Below are positions 26,887-40,748 of a DNA stretch of 64,000 nucleotides, in pieces. Below the pieces are notes generated by a model that saw only the letters and a program-made list of their open reading frames with translations, ran no database searches and was not told the origin of the DNA. Source of the DNA: Eledone cirrhosa (lineage: Eukaryota); NCBI GenBank assembly GCA_964016885.1, contig OZ024743.1, positions 259,470,001 through 259,534,000 on the forward strand, written 5' to 3'. Position 1 is the stretch's first letter; the number at the start of each line of letters is the position of its first letter. Position numbers and translations under genes: made by a program.

Positions 26887-27027
26887 ACATGTATACATGT
26901 ATACATGTATATGTACATATATATGTGTGTATGTATATATATATATATATGTGCGCTCGTGTGTATATATGTATGTATATGTTAACGTTCGAATGTGTGT
27001 ATATGTGTGTATGCATGAGAGTGTGTG

Positions 27028-27144
<117 letters not shown>

Positions 27145-27539
27145 GTATGTGTGTATGCATATGTATATGTGTATATATTTGTTTCTCTTACTTTCTTTCG
27201 TCCCCTCTGTCAGTTAACACTTTCTCTTGACTGACCTCTTCCTCGCACTTCCACTCACTCACTCTCTGTTTCTACCCTTCTTACTTCCTCCTGTTTGCTA
27301 GGAGTCAGATTTTCCTTCTTTCTCACGTCTCACTCACATATTATCATATTTACACATATTTTTTCCTCTGCTGCTACACCGTCTTTTTCGTTCTATGTAT
27401 CTTTACCCTTTCTAGCAGTCTCTCTCTCTCTGTTAGCCTCTTCCTCACCTCACCCTTCACTCACTTATTCTCTGTCACTACCTCTCCTCCTCCTCCTCTT
27501 TCTTCCCGTTTGACCTGTGAGTAACTCTTTTCTCTCACA

Positions 27540-27965
27540 TTCTCGGCCAAGCTGGTCGGAAATTTTCTCTCTCGTCTACGATTTCACAGAACTTATGTTT
27601 ACCGAATTCGCAGACCAGACCCCTTCTTCTTCCCGTTAGACTTGTGCGAAATTCCTTCCTTGCTCACATTTCAACCAGGTTTGATGGTCTTTATTCTCTC
27701 GTTCACGATTTCACCGAACTTAAATTCATAGAAATCTGGGACTTGTCTCCTTCTTCCTCACTTTCTGTTGCCTCACCATTTTGTTTGTTTACCCTCGCGT
27801 CCCCTTTATTTACGTGTCCCAACGACTTTTTTTAGCCGTTGCTCGTACCAACCGGAGGTATATGGTCTTTAAAGCGATGAAATGCCTATGATAGTTGGAA
27901 GATCACTGATGAAGGACAAACGTTTTTCATATGTAACCCATTTGCACTCCGCAGCGCCCTTATTA
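27540..27965 (+). repeat. Dispersed repeat related to 29740-30075, ending in a CUGAUGAAGGAC half-motif
   Basis: Shared ggaggtatatg..tttaaagc.atgaaat...cactgatgaaggac...ttcatatgtaaccca. Confidence 0.65.
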
Positions 27966-27990
27966 TCATATATATATATATATATATATA

Positions 27991-28490
27991 TAATCAAGGT
28001 TTAGCAAATAAGATAAAGTTTCAAAAAAAATGTTAAAAAATTAACTGTACTTACTATGGTTACCTTTACCGATTCGGTTTCGATTCTCAAAAATGAACGG
28101 AGTCCATACGGCCTTCGTTGCAAAGAAAGAATCTCGAATTCAAATTACGAACTGGCGCTATTCAAAATTGTTCCCGAGATGAGAGTAAATGAAGTGGAAT
28201 CAATTTTTTCAAGGGCCGAGTGTAAAGATAAAGGCAGAGGCAGGGAGGTCAAATGGCTACTGCTATAACTAGCAGCAGTCAGAACGACCAAATTTTTCTC
28301 AACATAGAGGAGTAAAGTAATAATAGGATATGTGTTCCTACACGCACAGGCGCTAAGGGACACATGTATTGTCCAACCGTATGCCAATGTGGTTCAATGG
28401 CAGGTTAATAAATTAACGAGCCAGAACATATATAATCAATGTTTAGCAAATAAGATAAAGTTTCAAAATAAATTTTTAAAAATTATATAT
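27991..28490 (-). repeat. Partial tandem (1.1-mer) repeat in (TA)n, probably PLE-like
   Basis: aatcaa.gtttagcaaataagataaagtttcaaaa occurs at 27992 and 28434; minus strand has UUGAAAA..GAUUC/GAAUC-GAAA-CCGAAUCGG-UA. Confidence 0.5.
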
Positions 28491-28525
28491 ACGAAGTATA
28501 TATATATACGAGGTATATATATATA

Positions 28526-29395
28526 CGAGGTGAGTCAGAAAAGTTTCAGGTCTGATGTCACAAAAGATTTATTTCAAACCCAAACTTCACGCGAAGAGTT
28601 TTCTCTTTCAAAGTAATCCCCCTGGAGCATGTAACTGTAATCTTAGCTCTCTACAGCGATCAAACTTTTTTCTTCATACTTTTATATACATATCCTCTAT
28701 TTAAGGTCGTCAAGCAATGAGCACAGAGCAACGAACAAACTTGAAGTTTCTGGTACGGTTGGGGAAAACTCCGTCAGAAGCACTGGGATTGCTGCAACAA
28801 GTGTATGGAGATGAGACGATGTCACGCTCACGTGTTTTTGAGTGGTGCAAGATGACCCCAGGAGTGGAAGGCCCTCAACAACTAAGACTGAGGTCAGGAA
28901 GATAGTGCGTAGCGATCGTCGGCTGACTGTTCGACTGATGGCAAATGCGCTGGGCATGAATCGGGACAGCGTCTGGAAGATTCTCACGGAAGATTTGGAC
29001 ATTCGGAAAGTCTGCGCGAAGATGGTGCAAAACTGCTGAACGATGACCAGAAGGGTCGACGCATGCCAGTGCGCCAGGATATCCTCGAGCGTCATGAAAC
29101 CGAACCAGACTTGCTAGGGATAGTCATCACCGGTGATGAGTCATGGATCTTCGAGTATGACCCGGAGGGGACCCGTTTTGAAGACGTGGACGACATTAAA
29201 AAGGCCGTGACGACGGAACTGCGGAGGATCCCGCAAGAATCCTTCCAGGAATGTATGCAAGCGTGGCAGAAAAGGATGGAAAAGTGCATTAGACCTCAGG
29301 GGGATTACTTTGAAGGAGAAGACTCTTAGTGTGACGTTTGGGTTTGAAATAAATATTTTGTGACATCAGTTTTGGAACATTTCTGACACACATCG
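28526..29395 (+). mobile_element. Mariner DNA transposon, internally deleted
   Basis: ~65-bp imperfect TIRs (cgaggtgagtcagaaa... / ...tttctgacacacatcg), TA flanks; transposase remnants EQRTNLKF, VYGDE, DDPRSGRPST, ITGDESWIFEYDP, GDYFEG. Confidence 0.9.
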
Positions 29396-29629
29396 TATAT
29401 ATATATATATGTGTGTGTGTGCGTATATCTGTACACATATTTGTATGTATGTATATATATGTGTGTATATATTTGTATATGTGTATGTGTCTATGTACCA
29501 TTATGTATGTTTTGTTGTGGGTGTGCCTGCCTGTGCGTGCGTGTATGTGTGTGTACGTGTGTAAGTGTGCGAGTGTATGAATGTGCTTGTCGACACCTGG
29601 AATATATATGTATGTGCTTGTATGTACAC

Positions 29630-29693
<64 letters not shown>

Positions 29694-31133
29694 TCACTCA
29701 CTCTCTGCTTTTCCCCTTCTCACTTCCTCCCGTTTGGCCTGTGTGGGGTCCTTTCTCGCTCACACCTCACTCGCGTCGGACCGTCTGCTGTCTCTCTCGC
29801 CCATGAAATTTACCCAGCTTAAACTGATCGGATACCATGTGCTTGTTTCTTCCTATCTTTCCGTTGCTATACCTTATATGTTTGTTTACTTGTCTCGCTC
29901 GCTTTACGCGATTTACTTGTCCCAATAGCCTTATTTAGCTATTGCTCGCACTAACTGGAGGTATATGATTTTTAAAGCAATGAAATACCAATGGAGGTTG
30001 GGAAATCACTGATGAAGGACTATTATTTTCATATGTAACCCATGTGCAACCACGCAGCACTCAATTCTTCACATGTTTATATATATATATATATATAAAT
30101 AAATATATATATATAAATGTGTACACACAAGCACATACATATAAACACACACACATAAATATATATCTTCGCTAATGATCTGAAAATTACCACCTGGTAA
30201 AAAGTTGTAAGTCTCTTGGCTGTCTATTGCAGATATCTATGTTGTCCTGTGTTTTTCATTGAATCATTTGAATATTTGTTCATGTTTCGTTGTTGGTGTA
30301 TAGATAGAGTTGCTTCGTTTTTTTTTTTGTTGTTTTTTTTATTGTTAGAATATGAAAACAACAACAATAAAAAATACTTTTCTCACCAAACATTAAAATG
30401 TGTTATTCTTTTCGTAGAAATAACGTTCTGGTGTTACGGCTATTCAAATTATGATCGACGATATCTCTCTATCTATCTAACTATCTGTTTGCTAGCTTAC
30501 TATCGATCGATCTACCCGTCTATCTGTCTGTTTGTCTATTTGTTTCAATCTACCAACCAAGCTCACCAGCTAGCTATCTATCTGCATCTATATCTGTTGC
30601 CATCTTTATAAATGTATATACTTATGTATGTGTGCATATGTATTTGTTGACATTGGATTGTGGGAAGAATTTATCTATCTAATCCACCCTTAATTCTACC
30701 CATTGGTGCATTTTACGACATAAATGTCTACACAGTAATCACACACTATTTCATTTAAATTACTGAAACTGGTCAATTATTACCGTTCTCTCCACGCATA
30801 TATTGTATTCTAAGCGTTAATCTCCTAAGATCCAGTTGAAGGGGATTTATTTTATTGTTAGATTTATTTGATCACATGGAGAATATATAGTTTGATGTAT
30901 TCAACTTGAAGTTGATTATCTTTGTCAATTAATAGAAAATACATATCCTCGTGTATGTGGTTTGATAGTAATCTGGTGTAAGACGAAATCAATCCAACCA
31001 AAGGCGCATACCACGTGACATATTTGTAAGGGCACCGTCGTGACGCAATGTATGTCTTGAGCACTAAAAATCTGGCGGACTTCATCCTTCCCCATCTGTG
31101 AATACAGCCAATTTTTCCAAATATATATATATA

Positions 31134-31177
<44 letters not shown>

Positions 31178-31189
31178 GGTGGAGGCTTA

Positions 31190-31960
31190 ATTTCAGTACT
31201 GTACTCTATTATATTTATTAACTTACAACGGCAAAGTTGACCTCAGTAGGATTTGAACTCAGAGCCCAGAGAACTGGAACGAATACAGCCAGCTATTCTA
31301 TCCGACTTCCTAACCACTCTGTCAATGTACCACCTGAAAATTTCAATACAAATTTTAAATATGTTTCTCAATGTTAAGTTAGTTCAAATAAATAAGAATC
31401 ACATTGAATGCAATGTAAATACGATGGGATGAAACGTCCGTATTTTAGTCTGTTGTGGCTTAAGTGTTACAGTAGTTAATATCATTGTTTATTATGAGGG
31501 TTATAGGTTTTCAGAATCATTAGAGCGTCGGTTAAAGGATTTTGTGGTATTTATTCCAACTCATTAAATCCTGAGTTCAAATACCGCCGAGGTCAACTAT
31601 GACTTTCACCCTAGCGGGGTTGATAAATAAAGTACCAGTCAAATACTTTCGGCTCTACGCACGAGGATGCTTTGGGATTGCTGGGTTAGTAGGACCCGGT
31701 CTCGTAAACCTACACGCTAATTGCAGGCCTTAGAAATCAATATTATTGATTATTATGATTTTTAAAAATAAGGTTCGGCAGAGTCTTTAGAGGGTTGGAT
31801 AAAATGTGTATGGCATTTTATGTTCTGAGTTCAAATCCTCCGAGGTCAACCTTGCTCTTCATCCGTCTAGGGTTGATAAAATAAAGTACCTCTTAATTAC
31901 TGGGGTAATTGTGCAATCATATTTCCTCTCCAACCGCATTGTTGGCCTTGAGCTTAAATT
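31190..31960. mobile_element. Three diverged SINE copies (31190-31335 -, 31505-31645 +, 31770-31960 +)
   Basis: gagttcaaat..gaggtcaac and gataaaataaagtacc motifs. Confidence 0.65.
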
Positions 31961-32046
31961 ATTAGGATTAAAAGGGTTTATTATATGATTGTGATTCCAT
32001 GTTATAAAGAATATAATTACAATACAATCTATTTAATTGATATTAA

Positions 32047-32715
32047 TCTATATATAATATAAAAGAAAGATGTTTATTGGTTGGTTAGTTGAATCACATA
32101 AAAGCTACACACCTACGCGCGCGCGCACATAAATGCATACACACATATCTAAAGAGAGAGAGAGAGACACAGAGGGAGAGGCAACAAGAGAGAAATAGGC
32201 CGTTATACAGAGAGAGATCCAATTAAAGTGTTAGATATTCAGAGAGAGAGAGAGAAAGAGGTGTCCCACAAAACTATCAGTTGAAGGTTTAACAATATTG
32301 CGTTAGCTTTTATAAAGGCGTCTTAGAGTCTTTGATTTTACAGAACAAAGAAAAAATGATACTATTTGAAATTAATCTACCCTCCCACTTTTATCCGTTC
32401 TAACGAAGCAGCACTTGAGAAGCAATGTTATTCGGTATATTGCTGTGTTTCAGATGACGTCCTTTGGGTCTGAAAAAGATAATACTGGCTATAGTTATTT
32501 CACAACATTTAAAATCCAAGGCCAATGCTACCGTTTAATTGGCAGTTTACTCCCCCAGCCTAATAAGGAAGTTTTATGATTGTATTTTCTGTCTCTCTCA
32601 CACACACATATTATGGTCTCACCTGATACCAGACAACACATTCAATACAATCGGTTTCTCTTTTATCCGTCTTCTCTTAACTGTTCTCCCGGGCGAAGCC
32701 GGGTACCTCAGCTAG
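32047..32715 (+). mobile_element. Non-autonomous Helitron
   Basis: A|TCTATATATAATATAAAA 5' end, subterminal hairpin CCCGG GCGAAG CCGGG, CTAG|T 3' end. Confidence 0.75.
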
Positions 32716-32819
32716 TCTTATATAAATATATATTTCTATATCTGTACAGAAATATATGTACATAGGTATTGATATATTAAATGGGAAGGATATAAAATTT
32801 AATATACATGTGATGATAT

Positions 32820-33110
32820 GTGTAAATAGTGGAAGCTCGTGATTTAGACCGTAAAGTTGTGAGTCCATTCCCGGCGGCGTGTTGTGTTTTAGGTTGGTCC
32901 AGTCCATTCAGCTGACAAGCATGCGTTGCACCTGTACTTAAAATTGCCGGCTTTGTCTTCTCCTGTGTCACGCTGAATCTTCCTGAGAATAACAATAAAG
33001 ATGCACATGACCATGGAATGCTCAGCAACTTGAACATTAATTTCAAAAGCAAATTGTTTCGTTGTACAACCAACTGGACCACTCTTCGTCGGAAGCGATG
33101 GAAGTCCAAC
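32820..33110 (+). mobile_element. Second SINE-like family copy
   Basis: Degenerate tRNA-like head, similarity to 18660-18930, ends in (CA)n. Confidence 0.55.
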
Positions 33111-34059
33111 ACACACACACACACACATGTATATATGTATATAATTATACATATTAATATCCCCTCAAAATTATATATATTTATAATTATACATATTTAT
33201 ATGTCCCCTCAAAATGTATACACACTTTTATTACCTGTACAGGCAATATTTATTAGAATGCTGTTGAAGTGTGTATACATTTTTGTGGAACGCCCTGTAT
33301 ATAAATTAGTTCACCTTGGTACATGCAGAATACAAAAGTTTTTTCTATGCTACATGTGACAGTGTTGTTTTATGTCACGACAAGCTGAAACATCTACGTA
33401 ATCAGTACTATGCTGACATATGAGAATAACACGAGACGAACTTATTCAATTCTAACTTATGTATTAAAATACACGATTTCCAATTGAATAAGTTCTTTTT
33501 TTAACAAAGTCAAAGACAATTAAAAACGAATACTAAAGATGATTGATTGATTCCCCCTGTTGCCCGCTCTACTGATCTGAACTAAGAAAGCTAATTAATG
33601 GAGGATTAATCTAGCTTATAATGAATAGTATCTTTGAATTCTAATAATTTTTATTGCATGAGAGTTTTAAGCTTAATTTATTCCGTTACATCCATCCTGT
33701 AGTAACATACGAAGATTATGCGCCATGAAATTCAGATAATTTGGTTTTTCTGTTTTTTTTCTTTTGAGTTTTTTTTTTTTTTGGTTTGCTTGTCAAACAA
33801 TTTCACAATTTCCCCAATTTCGATCCCATATACCAAATGTTTTCCATTTCGCCCCCTTAAATCTTCAACCATTTGAAAATATATTTTTCCTGCATGGATC
33901 CTCTTTACGTCAAATCCCAAGTCATCAATAATAATGAATGCTAACCCTTATGTACTACTAAGGAAAGCCTATAATAGTAAATGCGCAGTATTAAATATAT
34001 CACAGAATATATGAATATAACAATATGGAAACAAAACTGAGAACAGTCAAAATAATAGT

Positions 34060-34270
34060 TTCTAATTTTAATACAAACAATTTGGAAGGAGAGGAAAGTA
34101 GATTATATTGATACTAGTAATTGACTAGTACATTATTTTATCGATCTCGTAAGAATGAATGGCAAAGTTGACCTCAGGGGGATTTTAACACAAAAGATAA
34201 AGACCCGGAAAAATTCGCGCAAAGTATTTTGTTCAATGCTCTAATGGTTCTATCAATCTATCGTCCGTAG
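34060..34270 (-). mobile_element. Diverged SINE
   Basis: ttattttatcgatctcgtaagaatgaatggcaaagttgacctcag. Confidence 0.6.
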
Positions 34271-34609
34271 CGGGTAGTTAAAATAATAGCAATTTACTCC
34301 CCACAACACCATAAAAAAATTATCCCGAGATTTCAGTTGGTTAAATATTGCTCTTGGACGAAAATTATAGGAATTTTTGATAATAAAAAGTGTAGATAAA
34401 TATATATATAGTTTCATAACCGACCGCAAACACATCAGTTATGTCAAGACTTACTACCGTACTCGATGTCATTTAAGACTCCCTATTTTTTTACCACAGC
34501 CTTATATGCGAAGTTGACGTATCTGGCTGGCTAATTTTTTTTTTTCTTAATATTCTCTGCTGTCCGCCAGTACTATATGCCATCAAGTACGGTATATTAA
34601 TATAAATAT

Positions 34610-35645
34610 AATAATTGTTTCTTCTTTTGGCACAAGGCCAGCAATTATCCCAGTGCATTACTGGTACTTTATTTTATCGACCCCGTAAGGATGAAAGGCA
34701 AAGTTAACCTCGGCGGGATTTGAACTCAGATCATAAAGGGCCGTAACGTTTTGCTGCAAAGCATGGCGTCAGACCCTCTACCGATACTGCCAATCCACCG
34801 CCCTATAGCATAAATATAATAATTGTTTCTACTTTTGGCCAGCAATAATCCAGTGCATTACTGGTACTTTATTTTATCGACCCCTTAAGGATAAAAGTCA
34901 AAGTTAACTTCGGCGGGATTTAAGCTCAGAATGGAAAGGGCCGTAACTCTATGCGTCAAAAAAGCATGGCATCCGACCCTCTACCGATGCTGCCAATCCA
35001 CCACCCCTAATATATTCCCATTTAATACACTGGGCATCGGTGGATTGGCAGTATCGGTAGAGGGTCGGACATGCTTTCCAGCGTAATTACGTCCCTTTAC
35101 GATCTGAGTTCAAATTCCGCCGAGGTTAACATTTCCTTTCATCCTTACGGGGTCGATAAAATAAAGTATCAGTAATGCACTGGGTTATTGCTGGCCTTGT
35201 GCCAAAAGTAGAAACAATTATTATAGTTGGATTTTCACAGTATCGGTAGAGGGTCGGACACTATGCTTTGACACATGGAGCTACGGCCCTTGCTATTGTG
35301 AGTTTAAATCCCGCCGAGGTTAACTTTGCCTTTTATCCTTACTGGTTCGATAAAATAAAGTACCAGTAATGCACTGAGTAATTGCTGGCCTTGTTCCAAA
35401 GGTAGAAACAATTATTATAGTATAAATATAATAATTGTTTCTACTTTTAGCACAAGGCCAGCAATTACCCAGTGCATTACTGATACTTTAGTATAGCAAG
35501 GGCCGTAACTCTATGCGTCAAAGCATGGCGTCCGAGCCTCTACCGATACTGCCAATCCACCGAAATATAATAATTGTTTCTACTATTGGCACAAGGCCAG
35601 CAATTACCCAGTACATTACTGGTACTTTATTTTATCGACCCCGTA
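34610..35645. mobile_element. Dense cluster of six SINE copies (orientations -,-,+,+,-,-)
   Basis: Copies at ~34610-34802, 34818-35005, 35038-35222, 35228-35415, 35430-35562 (internally deleted) and 35570-35645 (partial). Confidence 0.85.
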
Positions 35646-35917
35646 ATATAATAATGAAAATATATCAGAATAGTAGTTTATAATTGATTCATATAGAAGG
35701 GATTCACTTATAAATGCCAAGGCAATGTGTGAATACACAGCAGGGCTTCTTAAATGTGTCATAATGTACTTTAGTTGCGAGAAATAAATGAGGCAAAGAA
35801 AAAACACAACAAAAAACGACAAAACAGCTATTCGCTACATTTTCTAACAAGGTAGATTGTACTATTATTTTACGGAAACAGGATTAAAAAAAACTGTTGT
35901 TCAATGGAAATGGTTTT

Positions 35918-35954
<37 letters not shown>

Positions 35955-37551
35955 TGTTTTACTATACTCCGATGGCCTGAAGTAATTATCTTCCCTCCTC
36001 TTTCGATCACATTTAAACAAGAATTTACCGTTAATTGGCCAGTCTTTTTTTTTAAATTTCACAACGAGTTCGTTCGCAATTTTTTTTTTAAATTGAAGTT
36101 GTTTCATATGTCTTTAAAATAACCTAGAGCAATATGTTTACTATATTTGATTTACTCGTTATATTGGAATATCTTTTTAGCTATAACGTTGCTTTCTCTT
36201 TAATGTTCATTTATTCAGGAGAATGAAAACTGTTAATTGAAGAGAATAAAGTATAACATAAACAGAACAATTCGTAAAATTGGTTTTTGGTAACGATAAT
36301 TTGTTTGCTTTAAAGATGTATTAAAATGCATAATTGGGTAATATTAAAACCAAAATTTGACTTCATTAATTGCAGAATTTAGCTGCATAAGCGCATAATT
36401 TTGTCGTATCAAATCTTTAATTTGGCTGTCTTAAGGACAAATTTGACAGCGTTAATTGCACGATAGCTGCCTATAGACGATATTGTTAATAAAATAATTG
36501 AGTCCAATTTACGTGCAAAATTGTAGTTTGCTTAAGCTACATTACCTGATAATTCTTATAAACAATTTTGTAATTACTTTAACTAAAACTCAACAACCTA
36601 GTTAAGTTGTGCTTCCAAACTGGACATTACTATGCCATTAGATATTAAATTGCTAATTACAAAATGGTTTTGGTTCATATTTGGAGATGCTATCATAACT
36701 GGTCAATCGTTTATTGTATTGAACGGAAACGTATGGTCTTCATTTTACATAACAGGCACACTTAATTCTTTTGAAATCAAGTTAATCATGACATTATCTT
36801 CTCTCTTATGATATTTCAAATGTCAATAGTATTCAAATAATTTTGAAAATAATACAAAACCTTTGTAGGATTATAGTAATATAATTAACTTTCTCAATAC
36901 TAAGGTGCGGTTTGGAGTATAATTTAACAAAGGTTCTCATATAAAATTACGTTAGATGAATGTAAACATTTAAATATAAACAGCTTTTCATCATAGAACC
37001 AGGCGTGTTTCAAGCGGTTTAGAATCAAAGGTTTTAAAGCAGATACGCTATTACATTTATTGAATTGACATTGTTGTGCGTGGTATGTTGCTATTGTTTA
37101 TATTCCACTAGCCCTGGAGTAAATAAGATCTAACCCAGTTACAACATCAAGATACGCTGGGTGAAAATTCAGATCGTGTTCAGGTTTGACTTTAGAATAA
37201 GTGAAATATATCACACACACAAAAACAACGAAAAATTCCAATTGTTAAGGAGATAAAGGAAGCAGCTATCCTTGCCTCTAGGTAGGAGGCAATGAAAAAA
37301 ATCGACATAAAAAGAAACTGTGTATCACCTAGTCAGGTGAAAACAAACTGTTTATTCAATTTCATTGACGTTTGCTTTGATAAGGCAGTGAAAAGAAGCG
37401 ATGATAAGATTCAAGAGTAGACACAAACAGCTATGTAGTACTGCAATTGTGTCGGTATCATAACATTCAATGTCTACTCAAAACTCATGATGCTACAGAA
37501 TGTATTTACAACCTTCTGTTTATATATACATACATGCATTCACACACATAG

Positions 37552-37690
<139 letters not shown>

Positions 37691-37737
37691 AATATTTATA
37701 TATATTATATATATAAACAACACACACACGCACACAG

Positions 37738-37843
<106 letters not shown>

Positions 37844-37845
37844 TT

Positions 37846-38562
37846 CGTTTCTGAATTTGTTTAGCAAGATTCTTTATCTGAAAACGTGTGTTGAAACCGA
37901 TATTGTTATGCTTTGGGAGGGTCATGTTGCCAATAAGAAACACACGCACCAGTTGCTTTCACTTCAATTTATTATAAATTAAATTTATAAATTTAGGAAT
38001 TTATAAATTTATAAATTTCCGGTTGGTTGGTTGGTTCCACAACCAGACGATTGTTCATATATTGTCAAAGTTCTTTCGTCACACATTCTGTGACCTCTTC
38101 AGTGACTGGGATTCTTTTCTTTGTTTTTGTGCCTCTCCTTTGTTCTGTCATACGCCATTTTGTTTTTGTGTGTGATGTGTGCTTAGTTTGCGCATGTGTT
38201 ACATCCGGGTGTATGTGTGTGTTTATATTTGTTTATTTATTTGTTTATTTACACCCGGATGTAACGCATGCACAAACTAAGCACACAACACACACATAAA
38301 CAAGATGGCGTAGGACAGAACAAAGGAGAGGCACAAAAACAAAGAAAAGAATCCCCAGTCACTGAAGAGGTCACATAATGTGTGACGAAAGAACTTTGAC
38401 AATATATGAACAATCGTCTGGTTGTGGAACCAACCAACCAACCGGAAATTTATAAATTTATAAATTCCTAAATTTATAAATTTAATTTATAATAAATTGA
38501 AGTGAAAGAAACTTGTGCGTGTGTTTCTTATTGGCAACATGACCCTCCCAAAGCATAACATA
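37846..38562. mobile_element. Inverted pLTR pair (~320-bp arms) plus ~57-nt tail; two HHR motifs (38064-38107 -, 38358-38400 +)
   Basis: GUCA-CUGAAGA-G-GUCACA..UGUGAC-GAAA-GAAC-UU-UGAC; same family as 48031-48540; flanked by (TA)n. Confidence 0.8.
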
Positions 38563-38621
38563 TATATATATAAATATACATATGTAGTATCTATCTATCT
38601 ATCTATCTATCTATTTCTCTA

Positions 38622-38729
<108 letters not shown>

Positions 38730-38843
38730 CAGGAAAACGCCTTGTTGAGTCAAACCAAGCCAAGCGTTAATATCATCCACTACCTGGAATACCATAACTG
38801 GACTTCACCTAAGTGGACTCATTTAACTATTATTTGTTAATCC

Positions 38844-38910
<67 letters not shown>

Positions 38911-38914
<4 letters not shown>

Positions 38915-39175
38915 AGACTTAAAGAATTAGCTTTTAATGAATTCCCTTTTCTTCCAACCAATGACCTCCATCCATCCCACTCCCCACCCTCTCCTACCAC
39001 TTGAAAAGATATAAATACCACTACATTTATTTTTGGAAAGCAAGATTCTTGATGATTTCTAAAGAATAAAACAGTTCTAGTCCTGTAGAATCTCATCTGT
39101 ATTAAAACTTTTATACTCTGCTATGTATTGAGTACCTTACTTACTGTGGTTACCTCCGATTCAACCCGGAATGAC
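38911..39175 (+). mobile_element. PLE-like 3' fragment with decayed HHR
   Basis: UUGAUGA-U-UUCU AA AGAA-U-AAAA at ~39048; tail (tactgtggttacc.ccgatt.aacccgg) shared with 55480-55540. Confidence 0.5.
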
Positions 39176-39188
39176 TTACTATATATAT

Positions 39189-39320
<132 letters not shown>

Positions 39321-39722
39321 AATATAAATATATATATATACATACATATATTTATATATATGTATACATGGATGCATGGATGTATTTAAATACATGTATA
39401 CATATAAATATGCGCTTATACACACATATTCACACATATGCACAGACCCCCCCCCCCCCCCACACACACACATACACACACATATATATATATATATATA
39501 TGTGCGTGTGTGTGTGTGTGTGTATGTGTGTGTGTATATTTTACATGTATATACATGTGCCATCAAATATAATTACATACATGTATAAAGAACACCAATT
39601 TTCTCTCAAGAGAGCTGAGAGGAAATTGAATAGAAGCATGTTCAGAATTTTCCGTAAACATATATGAAGAACGTCAATTTTTGTCATCTTTACTTCAGAA
39701 GAAATTCTGATGCGATATTCCT

Positions 39723-39779
<57 letters not shown>

Positions 39780-40309
39780 CAAACACATTCACACACACAC
39801 ACACACACACATGCAAACACATACGCCGCACGCACAGATACACTCACATACACACATTTAGAGGCCTCCACCACACGTATACGTTTAAAGACAGCGAATA
39901 CTCATTATGAATTTGTATACAGTGTACACAGATGATATTCATATATACACTTTTACATCGATATGAATATTCTTTACATATATACTCATGCATGCAACAT
40001 TCTATATATCTATATATCTATGGTGTTATAATCATAAGTATATGTAGGCATATAAATATATACAATATGGCCAGATATATAAATCCCACCGATTTAATAA
40101 TGATAGAGGCGAACAGATAAACAAAAATACAACATAGATAAACAAAAATACAACATACTGATAGAATTAAGAATCCGTATGAGTGATGCCACGATACAAG
40201 AAACAGCTGCGGACATATTGCAACAAAATATCATATATGAAAATCTAATATATCTTAACGTAGATCAAATGGCTAAAACCTTCCAAGAAAATTAATTTGC
40301 TGGAACCAG

Positions 40310-40527
40310 CATGGATTAAACGACGGGAAAGCCAAACGCCAGCTGGGCAGATTTTACAGGCAAAACCAACTGACAGTACACCCAGGGGTATACCACGGGC
40401 AAGATGGTTGGGTACATCCATGTGATCGGGTGGTCTCGTTCATGGATCCAGCCAGATCAATTGGTGACGGTTGCTTCTGACAAGACCTGCAGGAGGATGT
40501 GCTTGACGAGTCTGCTCCCACGACATT
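40310..40527 (+). mobile_element. RTE-like LINE 3' fragment
   Basis: Translation AKPTDSTPRGIPRARW ... IQPDQLVTVASD ... LLPR resembles the RTE C-terminus. Confidence 0.5.
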
Positions 40528-40539
40528 ACAATAATAATA

Positions 40540-40748
40540 ATAATGATTTCTACCTTAGGCACAAGGCCAGCAATTTGAAAGTCGATTAAATCGATCCCAG
40601 TTCATTGCTGGTGTTTTATTTATCGACCCCGTAAGGATGAAAGGCAAAGCTAACCTCGGCAGGATATGAACTCAAACATAAAAGGGCCGTAACGTTATGC
40701 TGCAAAACAGATTGTCTGACGCTCTACCGACTTTGCCAGTCCACCGCC
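40540..40748 (-). mobile_element. SINE
   Basis: Family body. Confidence 0.8.

Noticed and set aside
30864-31100. Possible exon in unique sequence
   Set aside because: Short frames with no recognisable homology
33732-33950. Possible host exon (DDLGFDVKRIH...)
   Set aside because: No recognisable domain or convincing splice signals; would need BLASTX or RNA-seq
34610-35645. CRISPR-like or tRNA-gene array
   Set aside because: Units are ~190-bp SINEs in mixed orientation, without a repeat-spacer pattern or a complete cloverleaf
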